Shown here piece after piece: positions 38,236 to 50,595 of a stretch of 64,000 nt of DNA (its first letter is position 1; each line of letters starts with the position of its first letter). A model generated the notes under the pieces. The model was not told the origin of the DNA. It ran no database searches and saw only the letters and a list, made by a program, of their open reading frames with translations. The DNA comes from Mobula hypostoma (lineage: Eukaryota): positions 39,310,001-39,374,000 of the forward strand of contig NC_086108.1 in NCBI RefSeq assembly GCF_963921235.1. Direction: 5' to 3'. Position numbers and translations under genes: made by a program.

Positions 38236-40339
38236 AACTATAGCCTAGATGTAGGTCTGGAGGAGGTGAGCAGCTTTGGTGAGGTGCATGTTTAGACCAG
38301 CCTCCTTTCAACTTCATGAAGCGCATAAAGATTCAAGACGTAAGATACAGAATGCTGGAAACATTTATCCAGTTAGGCAACGTCTGTGCAAAGGCAGCCA
38401 ATGTTTAAGTTTGGTGATTCTTTGTGGAAGGAACAGTCAAATGAGATAGTGGGGCAGTTGGAGGGTTATTATGTATTGTTAATAGTTGTGCAGGTCAGAC
38501 TGAATTCAGGCCAGGCTATCAGAGTTGGAGAAGAAGTGGGCAGTACCGAAATAGACAGAAAAAGCAACTTAACTGAAGTTGAAGAAATTGGCTTTGAGTC
38601 TGGAAGGCTGCAATGTTCCTGAATGGAAGATGAGATGCTGTTGGTCAGTTTGAGAGTGGGGCAGAGAATTAAAGTAGCAGGCAACAGGAACGTCAGGGTT
38701 ATTCCTCTGGACTAAATGCAGGTACTTCTAAAACAACCTCTCAATCTACATTTCATTTTTTCTAATATAAGGAGGTGACATTGTGAACACCAAATGCAGT
38801 CGGCTGGATTGGACCCTTTATAAATGCTGCCTAACTCACTGAGTTCCTGCAGTGCTTTGAGTGTTGCTCCAGATTCCAGCATCTGCAGTTTTTTGTGTAT
38901 CCACCTGAAAGTGTGCTTCCAGACGAGCAAGTTGAGTCCCAAAGCCCCTTGCATACAGGGTGAAGACCTTTACTTCATTAAAATGTTTATTTCTGCATTT
39001 ATTTTAAGCAAAAGTAATGAAATATCAATAAATTGTGAAACAAAATAAGTATTCGTATAAGACTGATTTTGCATCTACCAAAAGGTAACAGAAATAATTT
39101 ATTTTTAATAGTTAAAGTGAATAAAAGAACACTTCCCATGGAAGAAAGAGTAATATGGTAAGTAAGAGACCAGACAGTTGTACTATGCTGGATTAAGCTT
39201 GAATGCAAACATTTTGAAAGTGATAGGAAGGGATGATAATGGCACCAGAGGTTTCAAAGAGTGCATTAGGTGGGATAAGTCAATGAAGCAAAAAGGAAGT
39301 CTATTTGGCATTAAATTAAGCAGAAACATGAATAAAAATATGTTGGCTTGTCCTTTGGGTGATTGGGAATTCAGGTACCAAAATAGAAATGCAGTGGAGA
39401 AAACCAAGCGATTAAAATAATGTACAAGAAGCTGTGATGCAGAAGGAGCGTCAGCTGCAAGTGCAGGAAGTCAGCAAGTGATGCTACATCTCAGCGAAAT
39501 CACATTTAGCAGCTCTAATAGTAAATTTGCAACAGTTACTAGTGGGGATAAACTTGGCTCTGGATTGTCTGATGATCAAGCTGCCAGTTGCAAGCGGCAC
39601 ATTTATCTAAGAGACTGCGGAGCACAGGCACGATTAAACCGAAACGTGGCATTTAGGTTACAGAAAGGGAAGGCTGCAGTTTAAAAAATTTCCCAGCCAA
39701 GAATAAAATCCACAACGTCATTGACAAGAGTTGGAGGATCAAAGGTCATTTGTCTGTTTTAAGAAACTGTCTATTTTTATCAGCAGGTTCTTATTTCTAG
39801 AATCTGTCCACTATGTTGATTAGTTTTGGAACAGCTCTCTGTTTGCATCTGCTGTATTGGCATTCTAATTTCCATGTGGATATGTTGTGTTTTTTTTCTA
39901 TCCCCTGAATGGCAGCCTGGGTTTACTAATGAGATTGCTTGGGCTCTGGCTGTAACACTTCAAAATCAAGGCCAGCTTTCCTTCCCCTCCACAACCATCA
40001 CGTGTTGGACAGTTGCCCATCTTGATGCAGGTGAACCTGCATTTTCTTTTTCATGGGCTGACTATCTGTCGGATTGGCTGCCTGCCTCCTGTTGGTAGGC
40101 ACTCGCCTGGGAGCTAGAGGGGTTGTAACAGGGTTATGGGTGGATATGCAAGAAGGTATTTACCCCTGATACACAGTTAAGGCTTTACAAAGTTTTAAAA
40201 AAATTTACGAACTTTTACAAAGAATTCTAGCAAGAGTAGCCTGGCTTTGGAATCCAGCTAGGCTTGGGATAGATTCATAAATTATATTCTGCACTCTGTT
40301 ATTCTGCTTTTCTCTTATATTTTATTTATTTTTTAATTA

Positions 40340-40635
40340 GTTGATTGATTGACTGATTGGGATACAATGCAGACCAGGTCTTTTCAGCCTTTCGAGGCTT
40401 GCTGCCCAGCAATCCACCAATCTAATCCTAGCCTAATCACGAGACAATTTACAATGCACAATTAACCTGCCAACTGGTATGCCTTTGGACTGTGGGAGGA
40501 AACTGAAGCATCCGGAGAAATCCACGTGGGTCACAGAGAGAACGTATCAACTCCTTACAGGCAGTAGCAGGAAATGAACCCAGTCACTGGTTACGGTAAA
40601 GCGTTGTGCTAACCACTACACTGCCACGCTGCCCG
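40340..40635 (-). mobile_element. V-domain SINE
   Basis: ctttggactgtgggaggaaactgaagcatccggag...gcgttgtgctaaccactacactgcc. Confidence 0.8.
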
Positions 40636-42334
40636 TGGTAATGTAGTGAAATGATCTGTACAGATGGCGTGCAATCCAAAGTTTTTCATGGTATATTGGT
40701 ATATGTGGTAATAATAAACCAATTATTAATTAATTAAGAAATGAAGTTGCTGATTTATCCATCCAGGCTGGCAAGATTTCATTGTCTTTGTAGCCCTGGA
40801 TTGAATCTTTTCTACCAATAGATATCTTCAGAAAATAACTTGGGAGTTATTCAGATATTAACACTAAAATTAGAATAATAGAATGCAAAGTCTACAGGAG
40901 CAGGAGACACAAAAGGTTGCGGGTGCTGAATTCTGGAGCAAAAAGCAAACTACTGGATGAACTCTGTGGGTCGGGCAGTTACTTTGGAGGGAAATTGATG
41001 GTCAACGTATTGCATTGAGACCATTCATCCAGACTGAAAGCTGGACTGTAGCTGGTGACTGACGTTGTAATAAAATGGCACACCTTCAGCATCTTTCCTG
41101 ATAATGCCATTTTACCAGGTATGACTAAAGCTCAAAACCACACTGCCAACACATTATTCCCCAGGCCGTGGCCCATAGCAAGAATATCTACAGATCTTTC
41201 ACTTTTCTCGAACAGTTAATCTTCAGTATATTCCAGTAAGGTATGATTACAAATTGCATCATGGGATTGAAAGACTTTCATGATAGTTCGGAGTCATTGT
41301 ATGGACTCTAGCTCCTTGCACCTCGTTATTCACCACCACATAATGGACAAGCACAGGGCAAACACCAGATGTATCGTTGGGATCAAGTGAGAGCCCATCA
41401 TTTGAAAACTGCAAGGTCAGAGGTGTCTAAGGAGGCCAACAAGAGAGGCACCGTACTTCATTCCAGTGTTCATGTCAGGAGATAGTTCAATGGTTTACCC
41501 AAGCCAGGAAGTATAATTGGTAGTTGAGTCTGCATCACGATAAACTATGGACATGATAGTGAATTGGTCTGATGTTGACACAATGATACATGATTGCAAA
41601 TCAGAAAACTGCAGATGTTGGCAGTCTGAAATAATGACAGAATATACTGGAAACATTCAGCAGATTGGGCAACAACCTCGGAAAGAGAAACAGAATGATT
41701 TTTTTGGATCGAAGACCCTTCATTTGGCTATTGGGAATACCCTGGGCATCCCAGAGAACAATGTGACTCATCTTGATTTGTCCAAACTCCCAAAATGCAT
41801 TTTTTGCTTGCCAGTTATTTGCTCCATGACCTGACAGCATACAACATGCTATGCTGCTTTCATGCCTCACACTGGTATCACCAGCCAAGTTGTCTCCTCA
41901 CAGCCAACCTAGCTTGGAGTATTTGTGAGGTCAAGGGACTTGGACTGCTGCAGGAAGAAGCCACCATGCCACCTCTGTGAAAATTTGGCTTATGTTTACA
42001 TTAACCATTTTTTGCAAATGCGCTGATTTAAACTTTCAAATTGTTAAACCTCCTGTCAGGAGCAGATTATCCACACACACAACTGAATATGTGCATTCGT
42101 CGGTGCAGCTGGTCTTCATAAATACGTGCATCTAAACTCATAGTATCTTCCAGACTAAAATGCCTCTCTACAAACTCCATATAATTACCTCCTTCCCCAT
42201 TATCCCCAGACCCAAAACTTCTGCTTACATGATAGGATATCATGTTATACAATGAGATGGACTTAGAACATAGAACAATACTGTAAAGTACAGGCCCAAT
42301 GGTCTATAATGTTGTGCTGACCTTTATACTTTTT

Positions 42335-42560
42335 CATTTATTCATTGAGATGTCACGCGAAATTGGCCTTTCCAGCCCTTCGAGCCACACTACCCAGCAA
42401 TCCCCTGATTTAGTCCTAGCTTAACCACAGGACAATTTACGATGATAAATTAACCTGCTGACTGATACATCTTTGGACTGTGGGAAGAAACTGGAACATC
42501 GGAGGACACCAGTGCAGTCACAGGGAGAATGTACAAACTCCTTACAGGAAGCAGTGAGGG
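42335..42560 (-). mobile_element. V-domain SINE nested in a decayed CR1 3' end (42265-42860)
   Basis: ctttggactgtgggaagaaactggaac...gggagaatgtacaaactccttacag; flanks contain CR1-like agaacatagaac and cttaccactctctgtgta. Confidence 0.7.
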
Positions 42561-45500
42561 TTTAATCTACTGTAAGATCCATCTACTCTTCCCTCCCACA
42601 TAGCTCTCGGCCTTTCTTTCATCCATGTGCCTTTCTAAGAGTCTCTTAAATATCCCAAATGTACCTACCATTACCACCATCCCTGGCAGTGCATTCTATG
42701 CACTTACCACTCTCTGTGTAGAGAAAACTACCTCTGATATCCCCCCTAAACTTTCCTCCAATCACCCTAAAATTATGCCCTCTCATTTTAGCCATTGCCA
42801 CTCTAGGAAAAAGACACTAGCCATCCACCCTGTCTATGCTTTTTATCATCTTATACACCTCTAACACTTACATACTTGTTTTTGAGAAAGGGTCAAAACT
42901 TCCATGTCCTAATTTTGTTTTGTGAGTTGCACCTCAACTCCAATAAGAATAGAATTGAAATCAAGTTATAAAAACTACAGAGGATGGAACACAATTGATA
43001 ACTGTCTAAGAGGATAATTTATTTCTTAGCTGTTTAAAGATGTCACATGGGAACATTCTCCTGAAAAAGATTTCCAAATCCATATGTTTAGTAATTTTTA
43101 TTGTTTAAAACATATATCTAAGGTTGAGGATCATATCAAATTCCATATGGAATTTGAAAACTTCATGTAGGAGTCGGTGCTTAAATACATTCAGCATTTC
43201 TCCATTCAGTACTGTCACTTTATCCACACTTGGGAAACTTGGCACTGTTGGAACTTGCAATAATCAACCTTTATCAGCAACCATCAGTGACACAACAGGA
43301 AGGCTCTTAACCTTGTGTAACCCAGTAGCTACATGTGGTGACAGAACCAAGAGAGGCCCGACTTCCTGAGGTGCCCCCAGGTAGAGGCTCGAATTGTCTG
43401 CTTGCTAATCTGGCCCAGGTTACATTGGTAACAATACATTTCATTCTTCTGAAATGGTTTGCAACAAGTTGTCATAATGTTTTATTTCCCTTTCACACCC
43501 TGGACCTGCAGACTGATGGAGTGAAAAGTCACTCTTTCCAAAGGCATGAATTCCACAGGAAATTAGTTTTTAAAGTGAGTTCAGGAGATTAGGTTGGCTG
43601 GCTCTCTCGGAGACATTGAAAGATACACTGCACTGTATTGGACATGCTCTTTTGCCGTTGACATGAAGATTCATTTGTTTGACAAAAGAGGGAGTTTTCT
43701 TTTGGAAAATAGGCCTTAGATGAGAAATACTTAATGTTGAACCAAGTATATTAAGTACTAAAGGACTAACTCTTGACATACGCATTCAAATATTCACACA
43801 AGGATTAGAACTGGACGTGTGTAAAGATTAGTCATTTGCTATTTCACCTGTTAATACCTTAATATCCAGTATTTAGTTTCTTCTTTACTTCTGCGTTATT
43901 TTATGTCTAAATAGGAATTAGATTACTGATAGATTAAAATAATAAACAACAAAAAATTCCAAGCATGAAATTAGACCACCAGCCACGGTTTAATTTAATA
44001 TGGTACTTCAATGTTGCACTTTGTACTTCTATTTGGGTGGCAGATATAGCTGTTTTTGTTCAATATGCAGAAGGAAATACTAAATACTCTTAAGCATAGC
44101 TGGTCAGAAGAAATACTTATGATAAACATAAAGAAAAATGGATTATTTTTCTATTTGCAACACACACTGGGGGAACTCGGAATGTCAGGGAGAATTTATG
44201 GAGCTGATGTTTTGGGCCCCTCCAAAGATGCTGCCTGCCTGCTGAGTTCCTTTATCATTTTTGCATGTTGTTCAGGATGCAGAACCTGTCATGTTTACAT
44301 CTTTCTCTATATGATCAATTAAAGATCATGTTCTTCAGTTGGCTATTGGTCAGAATTACTTAATATTATTTCCTAGTGCTCAGAACGCATTGAGGTACAG
44401 GAATCAAAAATTATGCACATGTTATAATATTGGAATCCTCAAAGACTGGAATCATTTCTGGAAGAACCACTTAATAATTTTTCATTAATGGATAATGATT
44501 TTGTTAAGCTCATAAGTAGTGGAACAAATTACTTCATCAGTTTGATCAAAGATTCCATTAAATCAGTTTCAGTCCTCAGGGGCATTTTCAGTACAATAAT
44601 TAGAAGCAAGCATTAACGCTGCAATATCCTAAAAGTTGGATAAAATGAAGAATTAAAGAGTAAATTAGTAAACTGAAGAAGGCACATAAGAATGTTCCTT
44701 ATGATCAGGTCTGACAGAACTTGATAGAAGTAGGAAATCCAATCATATTTTCTACATAAATTGTTTTGCTCACCACCACAAAACTGGGCAAGTGAATTAG
44801 CATTTGCCACATTTAGCACCTAGCTTTTATATTGACCTTGCCTTGAAAAGTTGGCAACTACATCAAATCAGCTATGATTTGCTTATGAATGCTACAATCT
44901 TCAAAGCACCAAAAGTGTCAATGCTTCATATATGCAATAAAATTGGAATGCAAAGTAGGTGTCTTGGGAAGCAGGCAGCACTGTCTGGAGTCTGGAGCCT
45001 CATCTGGAGAAGGTATAATTATCATCCTAGACCTAGATCATTGATCATTGAAACTGTCATCAATCAATATGGACCCTTTATCCTGCGGAAACAGTGTTGG
45101 CCCCAAGTTGATGAAAAGATATCCCAGAAGTGATGAAGCTGTGCCTGTTAAAAATCTCTTTCCTTATTTCACGATTTAGTGTTGCAGCTTCTAGGAATGG
45201 GGTAGATAATTCATTGTGCAGTGAAAATGAGAAAAAAGGCAGAGATTCAGCAAACATTGATGGGAAAAATAATATAAACACTTTTAGTTTGGTCAGAAAG
45301 CTTGATTTGATTTGTTTCATTCAAACAGAATATGCAAAATCATTTTAGTTTATTGCGTGCTTCTGCGTTTTCAATTTTTCAAGCCAAGTGAAAAATAAGT
45401 GAGAAAGCACAGAGGCTTAAAAAAGACAGGATGACAAGCTTTTAATTGCTGACTCATAGACTCATTTCATGACTGAATGATTCTTTGAAATGAAGGAATC

Positions 45501-46059
45501 ATACAACTTGTGGAATGGCAAAACTGTAGCTGTCAGCACTGAGAAGGTGAATTATATTCATGCATGCGTGTGAGTGTGAGCACAGCACGCACAAGCACAC
45601 ACAGGGATCAGTTCTTACCCATGCCCATCCCATATTTTGGAGTTATACGTGACAATATTTCCCTTTTAGTTCTGTTTTGTTTTTTTGTTATGAACAGATA
45701 ATAGAGGGACCAACCATTCTAAGGATTGCCTCTCAACCTTGAATCACTTCAGTGGATCTGCCGTATCGATGTGCTCAGAAGGCCACACATTGGCGGAGTA
45801 TCAACAGTGAAAAAAAAGAGGTTGTTATTGTGCTCTGCAGTGCATTCCCCTACGCCATCTTCATCCCATCACAAATTTCATCACCATCTTCATCCCATCA
45901 CTAGAATGAAATTTCATCAAATTTCATTCACAAGGTTCACTGTTTTGGTTTTGCTTTTGATTCCTAGTGGAGAGTTTTTTTCATATCTAAACACTGCATT
46001 TGTAAGAAAACTGAAGTCAATTATGCTCCTAATAATGGCACTATACAAAAGAGATCAAA

Positions 46060-47165
46060 AGACCATGAAATAGGAGCAGAACTGGGCCATTCGGCCCATC
46101 GCATCCGCTCCACCATTCACGCTCAACCCCATTCTCCTGCTTTCTCCTTGTAACCTTTGATGCCCTTACTTATCAAGAACTTATCAACTGCCACTTTAAA
46201 GACATCTAATGACTTGGCTTCCATAGCTGCCTGAGGCAATGAATTCCATACATTCTCCACCCTCTGGCTATAGAAATTCCTCCTCATCTCTGTTCTAAAG
46301 GAACATCCTTCTATTCTGAGGCTGTGTCCTCGAGACTCCCCCACTATAGGAAATATCCTCTCTATGTCTGCTCTATCTAGTCCTTCCAATATTCAATAGG
46401 TTTCAATGATATCTCTCCTCATTTTTCTAAACTCCAGCAAATACAGACCCTGAGCCATGAAACACTCTTCATACATTAACCTTTCATTCCTGGGATCATT
46501 CTTGTAAATCCCCCTTTGACCCATTCCAACGCAAGCACATCCTTTCTTAGATAAGGATCTCAAAACTGCTCACAATACTCCAAGTGCGGTCTAACCAATG
46601 CCATATAAAGCTTCAACATTACATCCTTAAACACGAGGAAATCTGCAGATGCTGGAATTTCAAGCAACACACATAAAAATTGCTGGTGAACGCAGCAGGC
46701 CAGGCAGCATCTATAGGAAGTGGTACAGTCGATGTTTCAGGCCAAGACCACTTTCTAGCTTTTGGCTTCTTCGCTCCCCCTCCTGTCTTCTCCTATCATT
46801 TTGGATCTCCTCTTCCCCCTCACACTTTCAAATCTCTTAGTATCTCTTCTTTCAGTTCGTCCTGACAAAGGGTCTCGGCCCGAAACGTTGACTGTACCTC
46901 TTCCTATAGATGCTGCCTGGCCTGCTGCGTTCACCAGCAATTTTTATGTGTGTTGCTTAAACATTACATCCTTGCTTCTTTATTCTTGTCCTCTTGAAAT
47001 GAATATTGCTTTTCTCTTCCTTACCACCGACTCAACCTGCAAATTGATCTTTAGGGAATCTTGCATAAGAACTCCCTAGTTTCTTTGCACTTCTGTTTTC
47101 TGCGTTTGCTCCCCATTTAGAAAATAGTCTATACCTTTATTCCTTCTACCAAAGTGCATGACCAT
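46060..47165 (-). mobile_element. CR1 LINE 3' fragment with a nested PLE mini-element
   Basis: RGHSLRIEGCSFRTEMRRNFYSQRV; colinear with the other CR1 copies. Confidence 0.88.
46629..46959. mobile_element. Inverted-repeat PLE mini-element
   Basis: 14-bp TSD aacattacatcctt (46615-46628 and 46960-46973); minus arm 46629-46749 and plus arm 46750-46958 with hammerhead CTGACAA...GAAACGTT. Confidence 0.9.
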
Positions 47166-48753
47166 GCAAGACATCTCAACCAAAACTCAGTTACTCTTGA
47201 ATATTTTAATAAATCAAGATGTACCGTAAGTCATATTCATACTTGCATTTGCTATATGTATCTATGCAGTATAAAAATGTGGACTGTATTAAAGAAAAGA
47301 GGGGAATACTTGTGCATAAATTCTGTTTACTTCCACAGTTTTTTTTTGTGGGAAGTGGAAAGCAACAAATGGCATGAATGGCAGGAGCTGAGCTACTTTA
47401 TTGTTTTACTGTTACTTTGGGTTTGGTGCAAAGAACTCTCAAGCTCATTGGGATCCAACTGAGAACAATTTTTACTATTAATGTATTGAAAACAAACCTG
47501 TTGACCCTGATATTCCTGAGATATGTCGGCAATGTGAGATTGCAAGTATTTGCGCCCCCCCCCGCCCTTCATTTGGGCAATTTAGGATTTTCCCCACCTC
47601 TATGTATGATAACTGTTTGCCTCTGGCATCTCAATTCTACTTTGTCACTAATCTCCCATGGAATCCAGTGACAAAGCATAAAATATCTGCATTTCCATGG
47701 CTCTTGTGCTGGCTGTTCCATCTAGAGAACCTGTAACAGGTCCTCCCAATTTACCTCGGAGGGGAGGTAGATCCTCCACTGATTTCAATGGGAAGAAATG
47801 AATGCAACAGACTGAAGAAAGTAACACGTGTGTATTTGTTTAAGCTTTGAGTTTGGTTGTTAATTTGATTCAAGTATTTTAAACTGTCCAATGATTTTTG
47901 AATGTCCCACATTGTCTTATCCAACACGAAGTATTTTAATATCATTGACAGCAAGTTAAGTAGTTTAGCCATCTGCTAAGGTTTCTTCCAGACTTTTTGC
48001 AGATGGGATTAGGATATATAAATGGAAGGCCTTGCTGTCATTAAGTTGGAGGTGGTTTTGCTGAGAAAAATGTTGCTGGCAGCTCTTCTTAAAATATGCA
48101 CAGATTGCGTGGGAAGGTAGGCAGTTCTCCGCTGGCGGGAAACTCAGAGCCAGTTCTGGGCTCCATTCCATTTAATGCTGAACATTGTTTGGCCTTAGAT
48201 GGAAGAAGTGGACTCTTTGGACTACTACAGTCTCGGTGGCTATTAAGATTGGAAATGCTGTTAAAATAGTTTTAATGAGTGCTGAATTGTCTGTGATATA
48301 GAGTACTGCTGTTGGTTGAAACAATCTAGTTAACTGCTCCTTTCTGCACAGTTCTGCACAGTGGGAGGTGAGTATAACATCACACTTCTAACTCAAGGCA
48401 AATAGATGGTGAAGAGATTATGGGAAGAGTGGTCAAGAAGTCAACCACTCTGTGCAAAGTAATCAACTTCCATTTTGCTCTAGAAGCCACAATATAATTA
48501 GCAGAACCATAACAATGCACAGCTAAGCACAAAACATTATAAATACTATAGTTCTTAAGATGGGGGAAATCAACACATATCTTCCAGAATTGGTCAGCTA
48601 TAGATAATTCAAATTTTTAACTTTAATAGCTAATAGACATATTTTTGAAAACATTGTAGTACTTTGAATAGGTTGAAAACATGTACAGTAATTTATGTTG
48701 CATTCAGTTCAATATAATCAAATAAAAGTTGTAAAATGTGCTTCGAAGTGCAC

Positions 48754-50553
48754 TGTAATTGAAACGTATATAATTCACAACCACTGACATTGAGTTGGGG
48801 TTCACTTTAAGAGGCTGGTCTGACGTGATGACGTAATTACATAAAGTTCTGTTATCACGCTGTGTTCAGTGTTGGAGTACAATAAATGAGTTATTACAGT
48901 TTTTCTTAAACATAAAATGCCTCATGACGTTTTACTTGTGAAAACCTACACTGGTGACCCTATTGCTCTAGGATGATCCCAGGGTTATTGAGAATGTCAG
49001 CCAATGCAGTTGCTTTGAAACTGCCGGAGTTGTGGGAAATGTCCTTGCTAGGTTCGTACAAGCCGAGGCCCATTTCGTGCTGCGAGAAATCACCACGATG
49101 GACACCAACTTTTACTATGTGGTAACATTGCTCAGCAGTTCCATAGCATCAAGAGTGGTGAGTCTACTTGACTACCTACCTGAACACAATAAATACCGAT
49201 CGCTGAAAACTTACCTTTCACCGAATTTTGGACTATCAGAGTCTGAGTGCGCCAACTGTTGCTCTTCTTGCCTGGCCTTGGGGATACTAGGTCTTCTGAG
49301 CTAATGGACCAAATGCTGACTCTGCTAGAAAATCACAATCCTTGTTTTATTTTAAAAAGAACTCTTCATGTAGAAAATGCCTGATCAAATTCGCAAGGCC
49401 CTCGTTAATGCACCCGTGGAGGATTATAGGGCGCTTGCTAAAATGGCTGATAGCCTACACTCAGCCAGACAGATGTGTATCATTCCTCCTCCTTTCCCTG
49501 ACTCAAAGCCCCGTCAGTAAGGCCTCCAACATAAGGACGGCCACGGCTGCGGAACAGACATTGCCAGGACTGTGTTTTTACCACGCTCACTCTGGTACAA
49601 ACACCAGGACGTCCTGACCTCCTTGTAGCTTCAACAGTGCCAGTGCATCGGGATATCAGAGGCTTGTGAGCACCATTGGTTTCCAGCTGCCAGAGACATC
49701 AACTGTTCATTATGGACACCCTATCAGGGTGATGCTTCCTGTGTGACACAGGCACTCAAGTGAGTGTGCCTCCAGCATTGCCCATTGATGAGAAGGCAAA
49801 GAGTGGCAGCACCTGGCTGGAGGCCACCAATGGCAGCAGGATCCAGACTTACAGGACCTGACAGGTGATACTGTGCTTCAATGAGTGATGTTACACATGC
49901 AACGTAGTCCTGGCTAAAGTGGCTAGAACTCTGCTTGGTGCAGATTTCCTGTGTGCCCAAGGACCTTAAGAACCGCCGACTTGTGGATGTCAAGGATCTT
50001 GTGTTGTTATCCTACTCCCCCATAAAGCTCCCCACAACGACTCGGTCAAGAACATGCACTACCGCGTGTGAGTTTACTTGAAGGCGGAGCTTAGGAGGGT
50101 TAATGGCACCTAACGGCGACTCCTTTGTTGGCATCTTCGGAAACAGCTCTATTTCCATCTTTAATATCTCTATTTTCCCTTTCAGGGTTCTGTTGAAGAC
50201 TGTGACCTGAAGTTACACGCTGACTATGGTTCTTTGCAGGAATGGGACCCGCTTTCGGGGTTTCACAAGTGGCCATTGTTCAGGACTCGGCCTAAGATCT
50301 CTGCTTGCCTTCGGAGGACCATTTTTCGTGGCTCTGGAGAGGGCGGGGATTGGAGGTCGGTGTCTGAGCAGAAGACCGGTGTGTCGTGGGAGATGGAAGA
50401 TCTAAGGCTGTGTGCCCAGAGACCCAAGATCTTTGGGCACAGAGCTCGGAAAAAGCCACGTGACGGACTTTTAACATCATAAACCAGCAGGTTGTATGTT
50501 ACGCCTCCCCTCTCGCTGTGAAATGGAGACACCCCTTTCTCCCTTATTAGGGA

Positions 50554-50595
<42 letters not shown>

